Below are positions 50,791 through 62,825 of a DNA stretch of 64,000 nucleotides, piece after piece (position 1 is the stretch's first letter; each line of letters opens with the position of its first letter). This DNA is from Podarcis tiliguerta (taxonomy: Eukaryota), in NCBI GenBank assembly GCA_965153285.1, contig OZ229114.1; one strand, given 5' to 3'. The position numbers and the translations under genes are program-made. Below the pieces are notes generated by a model. It ran no database searches, was not told the origin of the DNA, and saw only the letters and a list, made by a program, of their open reading frames with translations.

Positions 50791-52744
50791 CATTATATTT
50801 GCTTGGGAGAAACAGTTATACTGGAAAGGCATGATCTCTGCAGTGCAAGGATTGCTCAGCCACAATTAGCCACCATAATGACAGTAAACATTGTGGTGGG
50901 GAACATTTGTGGAAGAAGGAGGCAGGGACAGTTCATCATCTCTGCATTTAATCTTCTTCATAGTGATAAAATGAGACAGCCCCATTGTATGACCCCGAGC
51001 ACAGGAAAAGGATGGGGCACAGAGAGACAGCTGAGTTCCTGATGGAAGAGGATAGTCAGACAGAAACAACATAAGAAAAAGAATAAAGGTCAAGAACTAG
51101 CAAAATAAATAAATGACTCTCATCAGTTTACTGATGGAAGGATCACAAATAGGAGCCCTGTTTGATCAGACTATTGGCCAAAAAAGATACCTCACCACAC
51201 CCATCTGACTGGGTTTCCCTAGCCACTCTGGGCAGCTTCCAACATAGTATAAAAACACAACTGTGTATTAAATATAAAAAACTTCTCAACTTATGGAATA
51301 TATGTTCCATAAGAAGATTTTTAACATTAACAAAACAAAATTAAAATAATAGAAAGAAACAGACAATTAACATTTACCCTACGAAGAAAACAATATGCTG
51401 TTGCCATAAACTAAAACTTTTTTGGTTTTGTTCTTCTATAGGTTTTTACAGGAGGTCCTGCAAAGTATGCACTGCTATTCTGCAATTAATCATCACATAT
51501 GCTTAATGGAATTGACTGGCATATTGCATCTGACAAACGAGGCCAAGAAACAGGTGAAACCAAGCAGAAAGAGGGACATAATCAATAACACAGCCTGAGG
51601 GCACTGAGAGGCATTCTTGTATGAGAAAAGACTGGGGTGGAAGCCAGATCTAAAAACAGGGCAGGGTGAAACTAGGAATTTTTTTGTAGTAAATACAGGA
51701 GGGAACAAAATGGTGCCACACAAATGAATGTGAACCTTTGAAAAACTGGATGTGGATCCAATTAATGTCCCCTGAAGTCCCCTATTTTGATCCAGAAAAC
51801 AAGTCACTACAGCTCTTGGTGTGTGTACAAGACATAATGTTTCCTTCAGGGACCGACAGAATAGACAGAAGCAAAAAGAAAAGAAAAATATCAAAAGATC
51901 TCGTTTTACAATTCCATTACGGTCCTGGATTCCTTGGGGTGGGGGTGGGGGGGTGATATCAAGGCTGCGTCTATTTCCTCACCAGCCAACTCTGCAAAAG
52001 CTGTTGCATTCTGCAAGCTGCAAGCACTTGGAGATGATTCCTTGCTTTACATCTCTGGCTCTTGCTTAAAAACCAGTGCAAACCATCAGAATTCTTCATT
52101 AAAAGGAAAGCCACAAGAAATCCTTTCAATAATTAGAAATGTTTCTTCCTTTGTTTTTCTTTAGCAAATAGCTGCTGTGTGGAGCAGTAGGAAATTATGT
52201 TTCCTTCTAGGGGGTCAACAGCAGCGCATGCTTGTGGGTTTGTTTATCCTCGCAGCTGCTTGGCAATTATCATTTAGCAGCTGTTATTTTCCTTCCAGAA
52301 GGAAACTAGATTTGTCATTCCCCCTTGTTTCTCCCAGAGATGAGGAACCTGCAGTGGGCAAGGAACAGCCTACCAAACAGACAGAACAACCTATAGCGTT
52401 CCTCCTTCTGGATGCTATGTGCTTGCTTCCCTCCCACCCACACATTACTTAGCAGTTCCATATGATCCCAGGTGTAGAAAAATAATTAGACATCTGAAGA
52501 GTTGTCTCATGTTATCTCAAGATGGCTAGAGTGGATGTTATTAGGAGACACAAATGAGGTGAGGTGAACATACCTGGTTTCTTTGCAATAATAGATCCAA
52601 ATGCTGAAAGTATGAGCAAGGAGTTATAAAGAGGCCACTTGCCTTTTGGAGAAAAACTGGTGACATCAAGAAAAGAACCCACACAAAGCAGGTGTGTACT
52701 TTTCTATCAAGGATGGGGAACCTATGTCTGTCTGACTAGGTATC

Positions 52745-53290
52745 AATCATATTTATACCCTCCCTATCAATATAAAGGTGCTTAGCAGTTAACACAACCA
52801 ATGTGTTTGAAAGCCCAAGAACAGCCACTGAGAAGGCTCCCTTGACTTCACACCAAACATTCTTCAAGTTTTGGTGGGACAGAAAGAAGGACCTCTCCAG
52901 ACGTTCTTAAACCCCATACAAGTTCATGTTGGAAAACAGAGTCTTTCAGGTCTAAAGTAACGGGGGGGTTTGTAGGTCATAACCAGCATTTTGAATTGTG
53001 CCTAGTAATGGATTGGTGGCCACTGCCACTGTGGTAGCATGGGAGTCACAAGCTAACTATACTTGATCCCAGCCAATGTTCAGAACCAGCGAAAGTTTCC
53101 AAACACTCTTCAAATGCAGACAGACTCGTGTACAGTGTGTTACAGCTGTGCAAATGAGTACGGCGCACACCACCATGGCCAGATCTAATGTCTTCAGGAC
53201 TGGATGCAGTTGGTGCAGTAGCCTTAGTTATGCAAAAGAGCTCTAGGGCACCACAGATTCAGGGCTGAATCCAGGAGCACACCCAAACAA
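52745..53290 (-). mobile_element. Decayed L2 LINE fragment
   Basis: ttgaattgtgcc...ccactg, cagcgaaagtttccaaacactcttcaaa and gaatccaggagcacacccaaac resemble the antisense L2 ORF2 C-terminus (recalled). Confidence 0.65.
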
Positions 53291-53874
53291 TAAGTGCTCT
53301 GTTCTGGATGATTCAGAAAGCTATTGGCTTTGACGTTATAGAGGCAAGCAAGGCAAGAACAAATTTGATTCTTTGCGATTTAGGCAGAATTCAAATATTA
53401 AGAAGAACTCCATTCCAAGATAATAATACAGATTAAGGAAAACGACATTTCAGATAATATGTCTCCATTTATTCGGCTAGACTAATCACCTCATTATTGT
53501 CCATCCTTTACAACAGACCATTTGCTGATGCTTATCTTTATGCTGGGACCAAGAAGACGATTTTGCAAGTGGCAAGAAACCTGACTAAAATTGCTTTTCT
53601 TTAGCTATCAGACAGTATCTTTCTTTCACTTGCTATTTCCCATTGTCACTGTCTCAGCAATTTACAATATCTTCTAACTGTTAAAAATATTCATCATGTG
53701 TCACATAATCCATCAGCAGCTTCTATTTGCCTATGTTGTAAACAAGAGTTTTTCCAGGTCCCCATTTATCATCAGATTATAGAAGTTTTCTACTGTTCGC
53801 CTTTCCCCTGTGCTATGCCACTCATAATCTCACATCTCAGGGCAAAAACAACCGGGTACGTGTGCAAGAGGAAG

Positions 53875-53998
53875 TTCTTGGTTCAAATCTCAACTCTGCC
53901 GTGGCTTTAGGAAAGCCAATCTTGCTCAGCATCAATCCCCCTATCTGCATTATGGGGGATAATAAGACTGACTCACCTTACAGAGCTGTTTTAAGTAT
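53875..53998 (+). mobile_element. Old MIR/CORE-like SINE fragment
   Basis: ggttcaaatctcaactctgcc ... atctgcattatggggataataa ... accttacagagctgtt. Confidence 0.6.
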
Positions 53999-55903
53999 TG
54001 CTATAGGCTATGCTTTTGGAGTACTCTGAACAGTTCACTGTGCAATTTGGGAAAATTCAGACAAGAACTATGTATCATGGATGACATCATTACAAGGATG
54101 CATGCTTGTGAAATTAATTTCTGAAACAAAAAAGTGCAAAGAGATGCAAAAAAGATACAGTTCAAACAAAAGAACAGGGTGCCTCCAAGCATGTTTTGAG
54201 CCTACGAATTCTTTTAAGTGGCATAAATGAACTTAAAGTCTGTGCACTCAGAGGTCCACTCCTGATTATGTTCTCTAACCCACCCTCTCATTTCAGGAGC
54301 CTAATTAGGTGGGAAAGCACTCTGGTCGTTGCTTTATTAAATAATTATGAGTCAGAATCTCTTACTAATCTACTACAAATCAGCCAGAGATCTGCCAGTT
54401 GATCCCAATCTATCCTACCCTTGGCAGACTGCATGATATGCACAGCTCTGGCCTCCAGCACTTCGTTGTTGCTTCCCACCTCCCAATACCTGCTGCCCCC
54501 ACTTAGACGTGGCCAGATTATATACAGGTTAAATATCCACCTCCAGCATTAAAAGTAGTGCTGAACCAATATTTTCTCTTTCGATTACTCCCTCCAGACA
54601 TTTGCAGAGGGAAGTGTACAAAAAGAGAAATGAAGATGAGGTGGGAGCACATTTCACCAAAATTATTGGGGAAGGATGGAAAAGTTTGGCTTATGTTACT
54701 TAAACAATGCATTAAAGTGTTTCTTCTGTTTTTTTTTAACTTTGGGAAAGGCAAACCTCAGACAGCTTCCTGGAGCAGCTTTGTGAAGCACCAGGACCTC
54801 CCAATCCTAACATTGGCTCCTGATTGGCTAGAATGCTCATGGAAAATGTCCCACTATCATTTGCCGCTGTGCTGTGGGTTGGAACATCCTGCTGAATCTT
54901 GGTTGAAACATCCCTTTGAACTCTGGTTCAGAAAGGGTCGTAAAAGGAATTCACCGGGGCTGCTTGGCATTGTGTGTTAGGCTTTGGTTTCTTTCTTTGT
55001 TTGTTTTGGGGGCATATTTTGGGCAGAAGACAGCAACTCTTGCAAAACCTGCTCTACAGAAGTGGACTGCTGCTGGTAATTGGATGCCAGACATACTTTT
55101 AATGGTTTTTTTTTTAATACTTCTGAACTGTTTTCTGTATCCTGTTATACGGAATGTGGGGGATTGTGACATACAGCACACAAAAGAATACAGCGGATGA
55201 AAATACAACTCCTACTGTTTTATATGGATCAATCTGTCAGGCTTTTGGATGTAGCCTAAACAATACCAGTGAATGTCTAATTTCTATTATTCAGGAAGCA
55301 ATCCTCTGCTAAATGTACAGCAGCTGGAGTGCCTTAGGAATTGGCACAAGACCCTTGTAGCAGTAGATCTAGAAAATATGCTACTATTGGGATTCCTATG
55401 CCGGCATAATATCAGAGATATTCTCATGCCAGTTTAACTGACCCAGTAAATGAGACAAGGAGGAAAACTCAAATGTATTGAAACCACCCCAGTTACATTT
55501 CCACTGACCAGTAGGGCTGGCTGCAGGTTTTTTCAGACCTTCCAGCACAGGATGCCCATTATTATCTCCCCATTATGTACCCCTGCCTCTCTTTCTCCTC
55601 CCATTATGGACTGTTTCCCTTTTCTTCTCCATCCCTTGTTCCCACATACTGGGACTCTTGAAGCATTGAAGAGGCACTACTCCATTCTATTCAAGTACTC
55701 CTCCCAAGAGGAAGGGGAAAGTTGCCCCAGAGCTCCCCGCAGTGGCACAGGCCCTCTGGGGTCATCATGAGAGGCATGGCTGCAATAAGCAAAGCAGCCG
55801 GACTTGTAAGCTCTTTTTATTTCCTTTGGAGCTTTATAGGTCTAAAATGAGCACAAAGGCTCCTCCCATTCGGAACTGGGAGCTTGCCTCAAAGACCCCT
55901 GTG

Positions 55904-56300
55904 TCATAGAATCATAGAACTGTAGAGCTGGAAGGGACGCTGGGGATCATCTAGCCCATGGGCAGGCAAACTAAGGCCTGGGGGCTGCATCCAGCCCAAT
56001 TGCCTTCTAAATCTGGCCCACAGACGGTCTGGGAATCAGCATGTTTTTACACGAGTACAATGTGTACTTTTATTTAAAATGCATCTCTGCGTTATTTGTG
56101 GGGCATAGGAATTCATTCATTCCCCCCCCCCCAAAAAAACTATAGTCTGGCCTCCCACAAGGTCTGTGGGACAGTGGACCAGCCCCCTGCTGAAAAAGCT
56201 TGCAGACCCCTGATCTAGTCCATCCCCTGCAATGCCCCATATGGGGATCAAGCCTGCAACTTTGGCATTATCAGCACCATGTTCTAACCAACTGAGCTAT
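55904..56300 (-). mobile_element. tRNA-Ile-headed SINE with CR1-type tail, split by a hAT MITE
   Basis: Minus-strand head atagctcagttggttagaacatggtgctgataatgccaaagttgcaggcttgatcccc resembles tRNA-Ile. Tail ttctatgattctatga is the CR1 octamer repeat. Confidence 0.85.
55957..56212 (+). mobile_element. hAT-Charlie (OC1-like) MITE, 256 bp
   Basis: catgggcaggcaaact ... agcttgcagacccctg. TSD atctagcc/atctagtc fits the Charlie nTCTAGnn preference. Confidence 0.88.
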
Positions 56301-57597
56301 CATGGGGGCATCCGAGGAAAGCTCCCATTTTCTATTTGGAGAGACATCTGAGTGTCATGGAGCAGCAACTGTTTTGAACCTCTCGGGGCATCAAACTCTC
56401 TGCTCCACTCCCTCTGGGCACCTTTTCCAGTGGGAAATTGTCATCCAAAAGACACCTGTGAAGTCTTCCAGTTCCTGGTAGGAAGGGTGCCTGGAACAAA
56501 AAGGACTTTCTACCACTTCACTTATTATGCTACTGCCATACACAGAGACTGGGGGTGGGGAGCCTCCATCCTATGGACCAAATTTGGCCCTCGAGACTGT
56601 TTTCTTTAAACCATAGTCACTTGCCCCACACTGCATGTCATATATGACACCAGATATGAGGCAGGTAGAGTTGCAATTGATTGACTGCGCACAAAGCTAA
56701 TCCCTAAGGTGAGCCTTGAAGTCACTGCCCATCAGCTGCCTATAGACTTTTCTGCTGAATATGTGAGGTCTGGAGGACAAGGTCAACAATGATGGTGATG
56801 ATGGAGTGTCCGCTCCCACCCGATGCATTCCTAGCTCTGTGGAGGGAAATTTATGAAGGAAACTAGAGCTAAATACATGTGTAACTGACCAGACAGCAGG
56901 CAGATCCACACCATATATTTAAAGACCATACAATGCATATTTAAAGCACATGACCTAGTGATCTTCTGTGTTCAGTTAGAAGCCTGTGACCATCACAAAG
57001 GTCTCCCTGACACAACATTATTACTAGTATTATGGAGGGGGGGGGGAGATTTCTATACCACTTTTCATGTCAAGACAAAATACCAAAGTGGTTCACAAAT
57101 AACAACCATCTGCAAACATAATCTTTTCATTCAGCAGTTTAATTGCTGGACAGTTACCTCCTCCAGGAATTCTCCACAATGCTAATAGCTAAACATTTGA
57201 TATTCTTCAGCTCTGAAAAGGAGACAGAAATACTATAGCACTAACAGAGTAAAACAGCAGTATAAATGATCTGAGGATTTACTGTGCTTGTCAATCAAAG
57301 GGAGAAAAACATCTTAAACTTCAGATCAATATAGTATTTGTTCTTGAACCTTTTGCCCACCTAATATAACCATGAAGTGAGCTCTTTTCTTCTCATTGCA
57401 ACAATCTGCCTCTCCTGTCTCATTTCTTGCTATATCCCACTAGTCCTCCCTCTTCCCCTTTTTCTTTTTCTCCCCCCGCCCCCACTTCTGTTCTTCTTTC
57501 TTTTCCTAAAACTCACTCAGTTAATTCAACACCCTTTGAAGAGCCATTGATTTTGTTTTCTCAGTGAAGATGAAAAAGAGGGGCTTCAAACATCATA

Positions 57598-57839
57598 CAG
57601 TGGTACCTCAGCTTAAGTACTTAATTCGTTCCGGAGGTCCGTACTTAACCTGAAACTGTTCTGAACCTGAAGCACCACTTTAGCTAATGGGCCCTCCTGC
57701 TGCTGCCGCGCTGCCGGAGCACAATTTCTGTTCTCATCCTGAAGCAAAGTTCTTAACCTGAAGTACTATTTCGGGGTTAGCGGAGTCTGTAACCTGAAGT
57801 GTATGTAACCTGAAGCGTATGTAACCCGAGATACCACTG
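57598..57839 (+). mobile_element. Tc1/mariner (Tigger/pogo-type) MITE
   Basis: Fourth copy of the 10457 family. TA TSD. Confidence 0.94.
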
Positions 57840-60800
57840 TACTGGGGGAAAGTATAATAAATATTTAAATTAAAGGGCAGAGGAGGCATACATCATTCAT
57901 TTTGAAAACCAGGCACAATTTTTTCAGACCACTTCATCCTGACACACGTTAAATGAAAATTAACAAGGGAATCAAACTCCACTGTTGTAAATTCTCTCCC
58001 TGGCCACAAAGAACTTGCTCTAGTTACAAATTTTAGCCTCAAACTTTGAAAACATCAACCTATTTTATTTTTTAAAGGACTATAATAAAACATAAGTATT
58101 ACTATTTTTAATGGCCATTGAGCCTGTCACTCTAGGTTCCCTTCGCTGTGATGTCTGACTCTTAACAACGCCCTACTTTTCCCTTAAAGTCTCATCTTCC
58201 CATTTGTCTCCCACACAGGTCTTTATAACTTAATAAGGAACAGACATGCCTTACTGAAGAGAAAAGTCGGAACAAGAAAATTCAATAGAGCTGTGTGTAT
58301 TGTGGGCGGGAAGGTGGGGAGAAATGAAGGAAGTGTCTCAACTTACATTAAGAATCAAAACTACAAAATATTATAAAATAAAGCATAACCTACTTTGTAT
58401 TTTGGAAAGTTGTTTTGCTGTTTGCTACGAATTTCTTTTCTTTCTTTCTTCTATTTGCTATGTATTTAAAGACCTCTTAAGACATTGTAACCAGATTTTG
58501 CACAATGGTTCCTGGCAGTGCTTTTTTTCTGGGGGTACTCAAGAATATGCAGTACCGGCACCTGCATTTTCCCTTTTCCCGCATAATTAAAAGAATCATG
58601 CAACAGACTGTAAATTAAATATTAAAATAGTGTTTACTCATATAAAGTCTTTCACTTGATTCTAGCAGTAACAGAAACAAAAACATGGCTGGCAAATTCT
58701 ACTTCTGGATTATGAAATACATAGCTGAGTTCAAAATGAAGTCTCTGCTTGAAGCAGAGACCAGACAGATGTCTATCTGGCTGAGAAGCATGGTGGAAGG
58801 GAAACTAAGTTCTGAGGCAGCAGGAAGTAGAAAGGTTTAAGCTCATTTGTCTTTTTCCCACCAGAGAACTCAAATGAAGTGACATCAAACAGTGCCCTCT
58901 CTACTAATCAGGAACTCTATGTTTCTTAACCCCTTCAAAGCATACAAATTTATTTGGGCAGCAAATTCCCACAATTATTAACCCGCATAGGATATTTGTG
59001 GCTTTGGGGGCTTTTCTCTCCATCTCCTTCCCCCTTCATATCACTTCTTTTAATTGCTGGAAGTGGGGAGAGAGCTGTGTAAACTATATAAATTTTAGAG
59101 TTTGAAAAAAAGGTTTTGAAAAGGGTAGGCATACATTTTAGACATGGATTATAAAAATTGGCAGCCAGGTAGACGTGCCCCTTGGGTATTGCCTGACAGA
59201 TATCCACAAGGTTTTATTCTGAGGAACATTTAAATGTCTCCAGGATGATGATATTGAGTCAAAAGAAGGCATTCACAGACCTTTATCATATCAGAACCTA
59301 TTAATGGATCTGCATCAAAGTTGACTTGAAGAGAGCTTTGTACAAGTCGCACATTAAAACAATGTTAATGGTCATCCTTTAAAATAACGCTCGCTGAGAG
59401 ACTTTTGCTTCCAGCACTCATAAAAAATGATTGTTTTATCACCTATTTATTATGCAGCAAAAATATAGAAAAGAAACTCCAAGTGCTAGGAGCAATAGAA
59501 AAACAAATACAAATGAGCATTTGCCTTCCGTGAAGCCATTTATAATTCCTATCATATTTATCAGTTCTAGTGTCATCAAAGGCGCTTGCAGAAGTTGGCA
59601 CACTTTAGTCAAGCCTTCATTCTACAGATATTAAAAAGGAGGGATGGTAAACAGGGGGAAACGTTACCAGACAGATTTTATTTTATTTTTAAAAGATCTT
59701 TGCAGGTATAAAATATGGGCTGTATGCAATGTTAGTCATACTCAGCAAAGACCCTTTGAAATTAATGAACATTAGAACTTGGGTCCATTCAACTCATGGC
59801 ACACTGTGGTTTGACAGACTAGGAAGCTGAGTGGATAAAGGGAGTAGCAAAGTTGATAGGGGAAGATACAGCAACAAAGCACACACACAATCCAAGAAAT
59901 CATGGTTTCTTTTATCATAAATGTAACATTTGTGAGTGGCTGTGTCTCTCCTAGCGCTGCAGTTCTCTGATTCAGTACACAAAGAGAAACTCTCTATCAT
60001 CAACAATGTAATTACTGGGAAATAAACAAATTGTAGTGGAATTGTAGAATCTGCACAAATGTGCAAATGAATGTCAGGATGTACTGAGGCAAGTCTGTGC
60101 ATTCCTACATTCGGATCCGTGTTTGAAAAAAACAGGGTGATCAAATGTAGGGAAAGGGCAACAGAAGCAACACTAAGATAACAGGGAAGAATGTCTGAGA
60201 TGGTGATATGAATATATCTAGGAGCTGGCAGACGATAACTAAACCTAGCTGATGCCATATGAATCTCCTGAAGTCATGAGTCATGAGACAAAAAACAGCA
60301 ACTGCATTTATTTGGGAGGATTTGTATTGCCATTAGATCTAATACCTTTAAATCTCCTATATTCCTTCCAAGAACAAATCACCATCACCTCTACCCCTGC
60401 AGAATTGTATTTAGGATAACACATTGCAAATATTATTAATCCTTGCCTGGTTTTCAAGATGTGGCAAATGCAGCAGGAACAAAATGTATATCTGTTACTA
60501 CTTCAGGCTGAGTTTAGTCTCCATAAACTCAGTGTCCCTTGGGCCTTGGGCTAGCATTTGTACATTTGGCAAACATGGGCACATGTTGGGTTTGGAGATT
60601 ATCACAGCAGAACAGTTCATCCTTTTTAATATGCCAATATCAGGCACCTAGCTGTATTGTCCCATGACCAGTCAATTCTGACAGTTGTTTTGTAACTGCT
60701 AAGGAGAGATCGATTTTTTCCCTTGTACCTCTTGAGAGAGGCAGTGTCAGGCAATGTGTTTGATTGGGGAAAGTTATTTTTAAAGCATTTGTAATAGCTT

Positions 60801-62179
60801 GATCTACACTGTTACAAGTGAAACCTGTCTTCCTCCTTATTACTTCTACACACACCAGAAAGTCCAATTCACAGGCTCCTGTGCTGTGGTATCCAACATG
60901 CAAAAATGTTCTACCAAAATAAGTCTTATTGTGAGATTGCAATCTGCTTACTGTGATTGTAAGATCTGCCCAAAATTTATTCGACAAAATAATTTTAGTA
61001 TTTCTTAATGCTGGTAGATGTTCCTTTTATAGATATGAAGACCTCTTTGGAGCACTTAGAATTTAAAAGAACTATTAGAATTGGGGGAGGGGGGTGTCTG
61101 AGTAAGGAAAATGTCGTTTCAAGAGAACAGACACAAAATCAGCAGGACTGGGCTATTACCATGAATTTCAATGGATTACTGTGTCTTTGGTTCACATGCT
61201 GTTTCAGCAAGTGTGAATTAGGTAGGTTTCCATTAAAAGGTGCACCAAATTTCTCCCTATCCCTACACAGAGGAAAACGTTTATCATAGTAGTACACCTC
61301 TGTTTCTTGCAGCAGCAAGTTCCTAAAGCGTGTTCTCACTAAGGGAGAGCACGTGTTGCGGCTGGGACCTGACAAGCACCCTTTAATTGCCAGGCAGAAT
61401 TGAAGGAGGGAGCCTGGCATGGATTGGTGGTGTTGTTGCTGGGGCAAATAGCATGTTGCCAATTTGGGGGTGGGGTCAGAGCTTATTTAAGTCTGGCCCA
61501 CAGCTAGCTGCTTTCTCTTTCGCTGTGGGCATCGGATCGAACACAGCTAAGGACTGGTTGTATAGAAACTTTCTCTCCCCTTTCTCCTTTATTTTCCTTC
61601 CTTTTCGTCTCTTGAATTCTTCTTCTTAATCCCTCTACCTGTTATTTTATCGTTTTGTTTGTCCCTGGTCACCTAGGCCTCCCACGCCTTCCCGGGGCTT
61701 CGGGGCCCTGTGGGCCCCCGGGCCGTAGCCGGCCGGCGAGCGGCCCGTTTCTGGCCCTAGCAGGCCTTGGGGGGGTGATTTGGTAGAGCCCGGGGACCGT
61801 TTATTTAATTTTATTTGTTTTTCGTTATTTCCCAATATTTTCTCCCCTCAATTTCTTTATCTTACCTTTGCCGGTGGGGGGTTGATTTTCCCGCGTCGCG
61901 GCCTTATCGGGCGGCTGAGTCAGGCCGCGCAGGGCGTGGCGCCGAGCAGGCGCCTTTACCGGGCCCACTGGGCTTGATTTTGGGGGAGGCCTGCTGTTTG
62001 TTCTGCCCCCCCGTCATCTAAAGGGGGCTTGCTGGGTTGTAGGTGCGTGCCCCCCCGCGCGCGCTTGTGGTGGCGCGTGCCTTTTAATTAGGTTGTTTTC
62101 AGCTGTGGGAGACACTCCAGGACGGTGCGGTATTGAGTGGGCCGTGCTCAGCCGTGTCCTGCGGTTCGGGGCTAACTGA

Positions 62180-62659
62180 GGCCTACCCCGGCCTAATTTA
62201 GGACCTGTGAGGCCTTGACCAGGGGGAGCCGCCATTTTATCAGTTTGGGCGGGAACGCCATTTTGTTTTGCCTCCCTGAGAGTATTGGCCTCTGGTGGCC
62301 AGTTGCTGTAAGTGCGGCCTGGGCCTACCCGGCCTAATTTGGGGCCTGTGAGGCCTTAACCGGGTGGGGCTGTGGGAGCCGCCATTTTGTGAGGGAGCCG
62401 CCATTTTGTGAGTTTTGGCGGGAGCGCCATTTTGTTTTACCTCCCTGGGTGTATTGGCCTCTGGTGGCCATTTGCTGTAGGTGCGGCCTGTGCCTACCCG
62501 GCCTAATTTGGAGCCTGGAAGGCCTTGACCGGGTGGGGCTGGGGGAGCCGCCATTTTGTGACGAAGCCGCCATTTTGTGAGTTTTGGCGGGAGCGCCATT
62601 TTGTTTTACCTTCCTGGGTGCATTGGCCTCTGGTGGCCATTTGCTGTAGGTGCGGCCTT
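62180..62659 (+). repeat. Tandem repeat of three units (~142, 169, 169 bp) in the retrotransposon leader
   Basis: Units start gcctacc(c)cggcctaattt at ~62181, ~62323 and ~62492 and each ends gtgcggcct. Confidence 0.95.
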
Positions 62660-62681
62660 CTTAACTGGTTGAATACCAATT

Positions 62682-62714
62682 GCGCCACCTGCTGGTGAGC
62701 GGTATAATTGCACC
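62682..62714 (-). promoter_or_regulatory. CTCF site with upstream (ZF9-11) motif inside the retrotransposon leader
   Basis: Minus strand ggTGCAATtataccgctcaCCAGCAGGTGGCGC: consensus core plus TGCA(A/G)T at the usual spacing. Confidence 0.6.
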
Positions 62715-62825
62715 TGCCTGGAATTGTGTGGATCTCTTTGCTGATTAATTGCTTATTGCCTGGATAAGTGAACACCATTATTGGTGCCCTCTACTAATTT
62801 ATTCATTGTTTTGCTAGTAGTAGGT

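Noticed and set aside
56236-56300. tRNA-Ile gene
   Set aside because: The acceptor stem and B box are degraded and it is joined to a CR1-type tail, so it is a SINE head.
62180-62659. Repeat array as a CRISPR-like locus
   Set aside because: Units are contiguous ~170-bp tandem copies without unique spacers, the context is eukaryotic, and there are no cas genes.
62014-62778. Minus-strand ORFs with repeated KMAA/QNGG peptides, suggesting a repeat protein
   Set aside because: They are translations of the AAAATGGCG (YY1) DNA repeat in several frames, with no coding signature.
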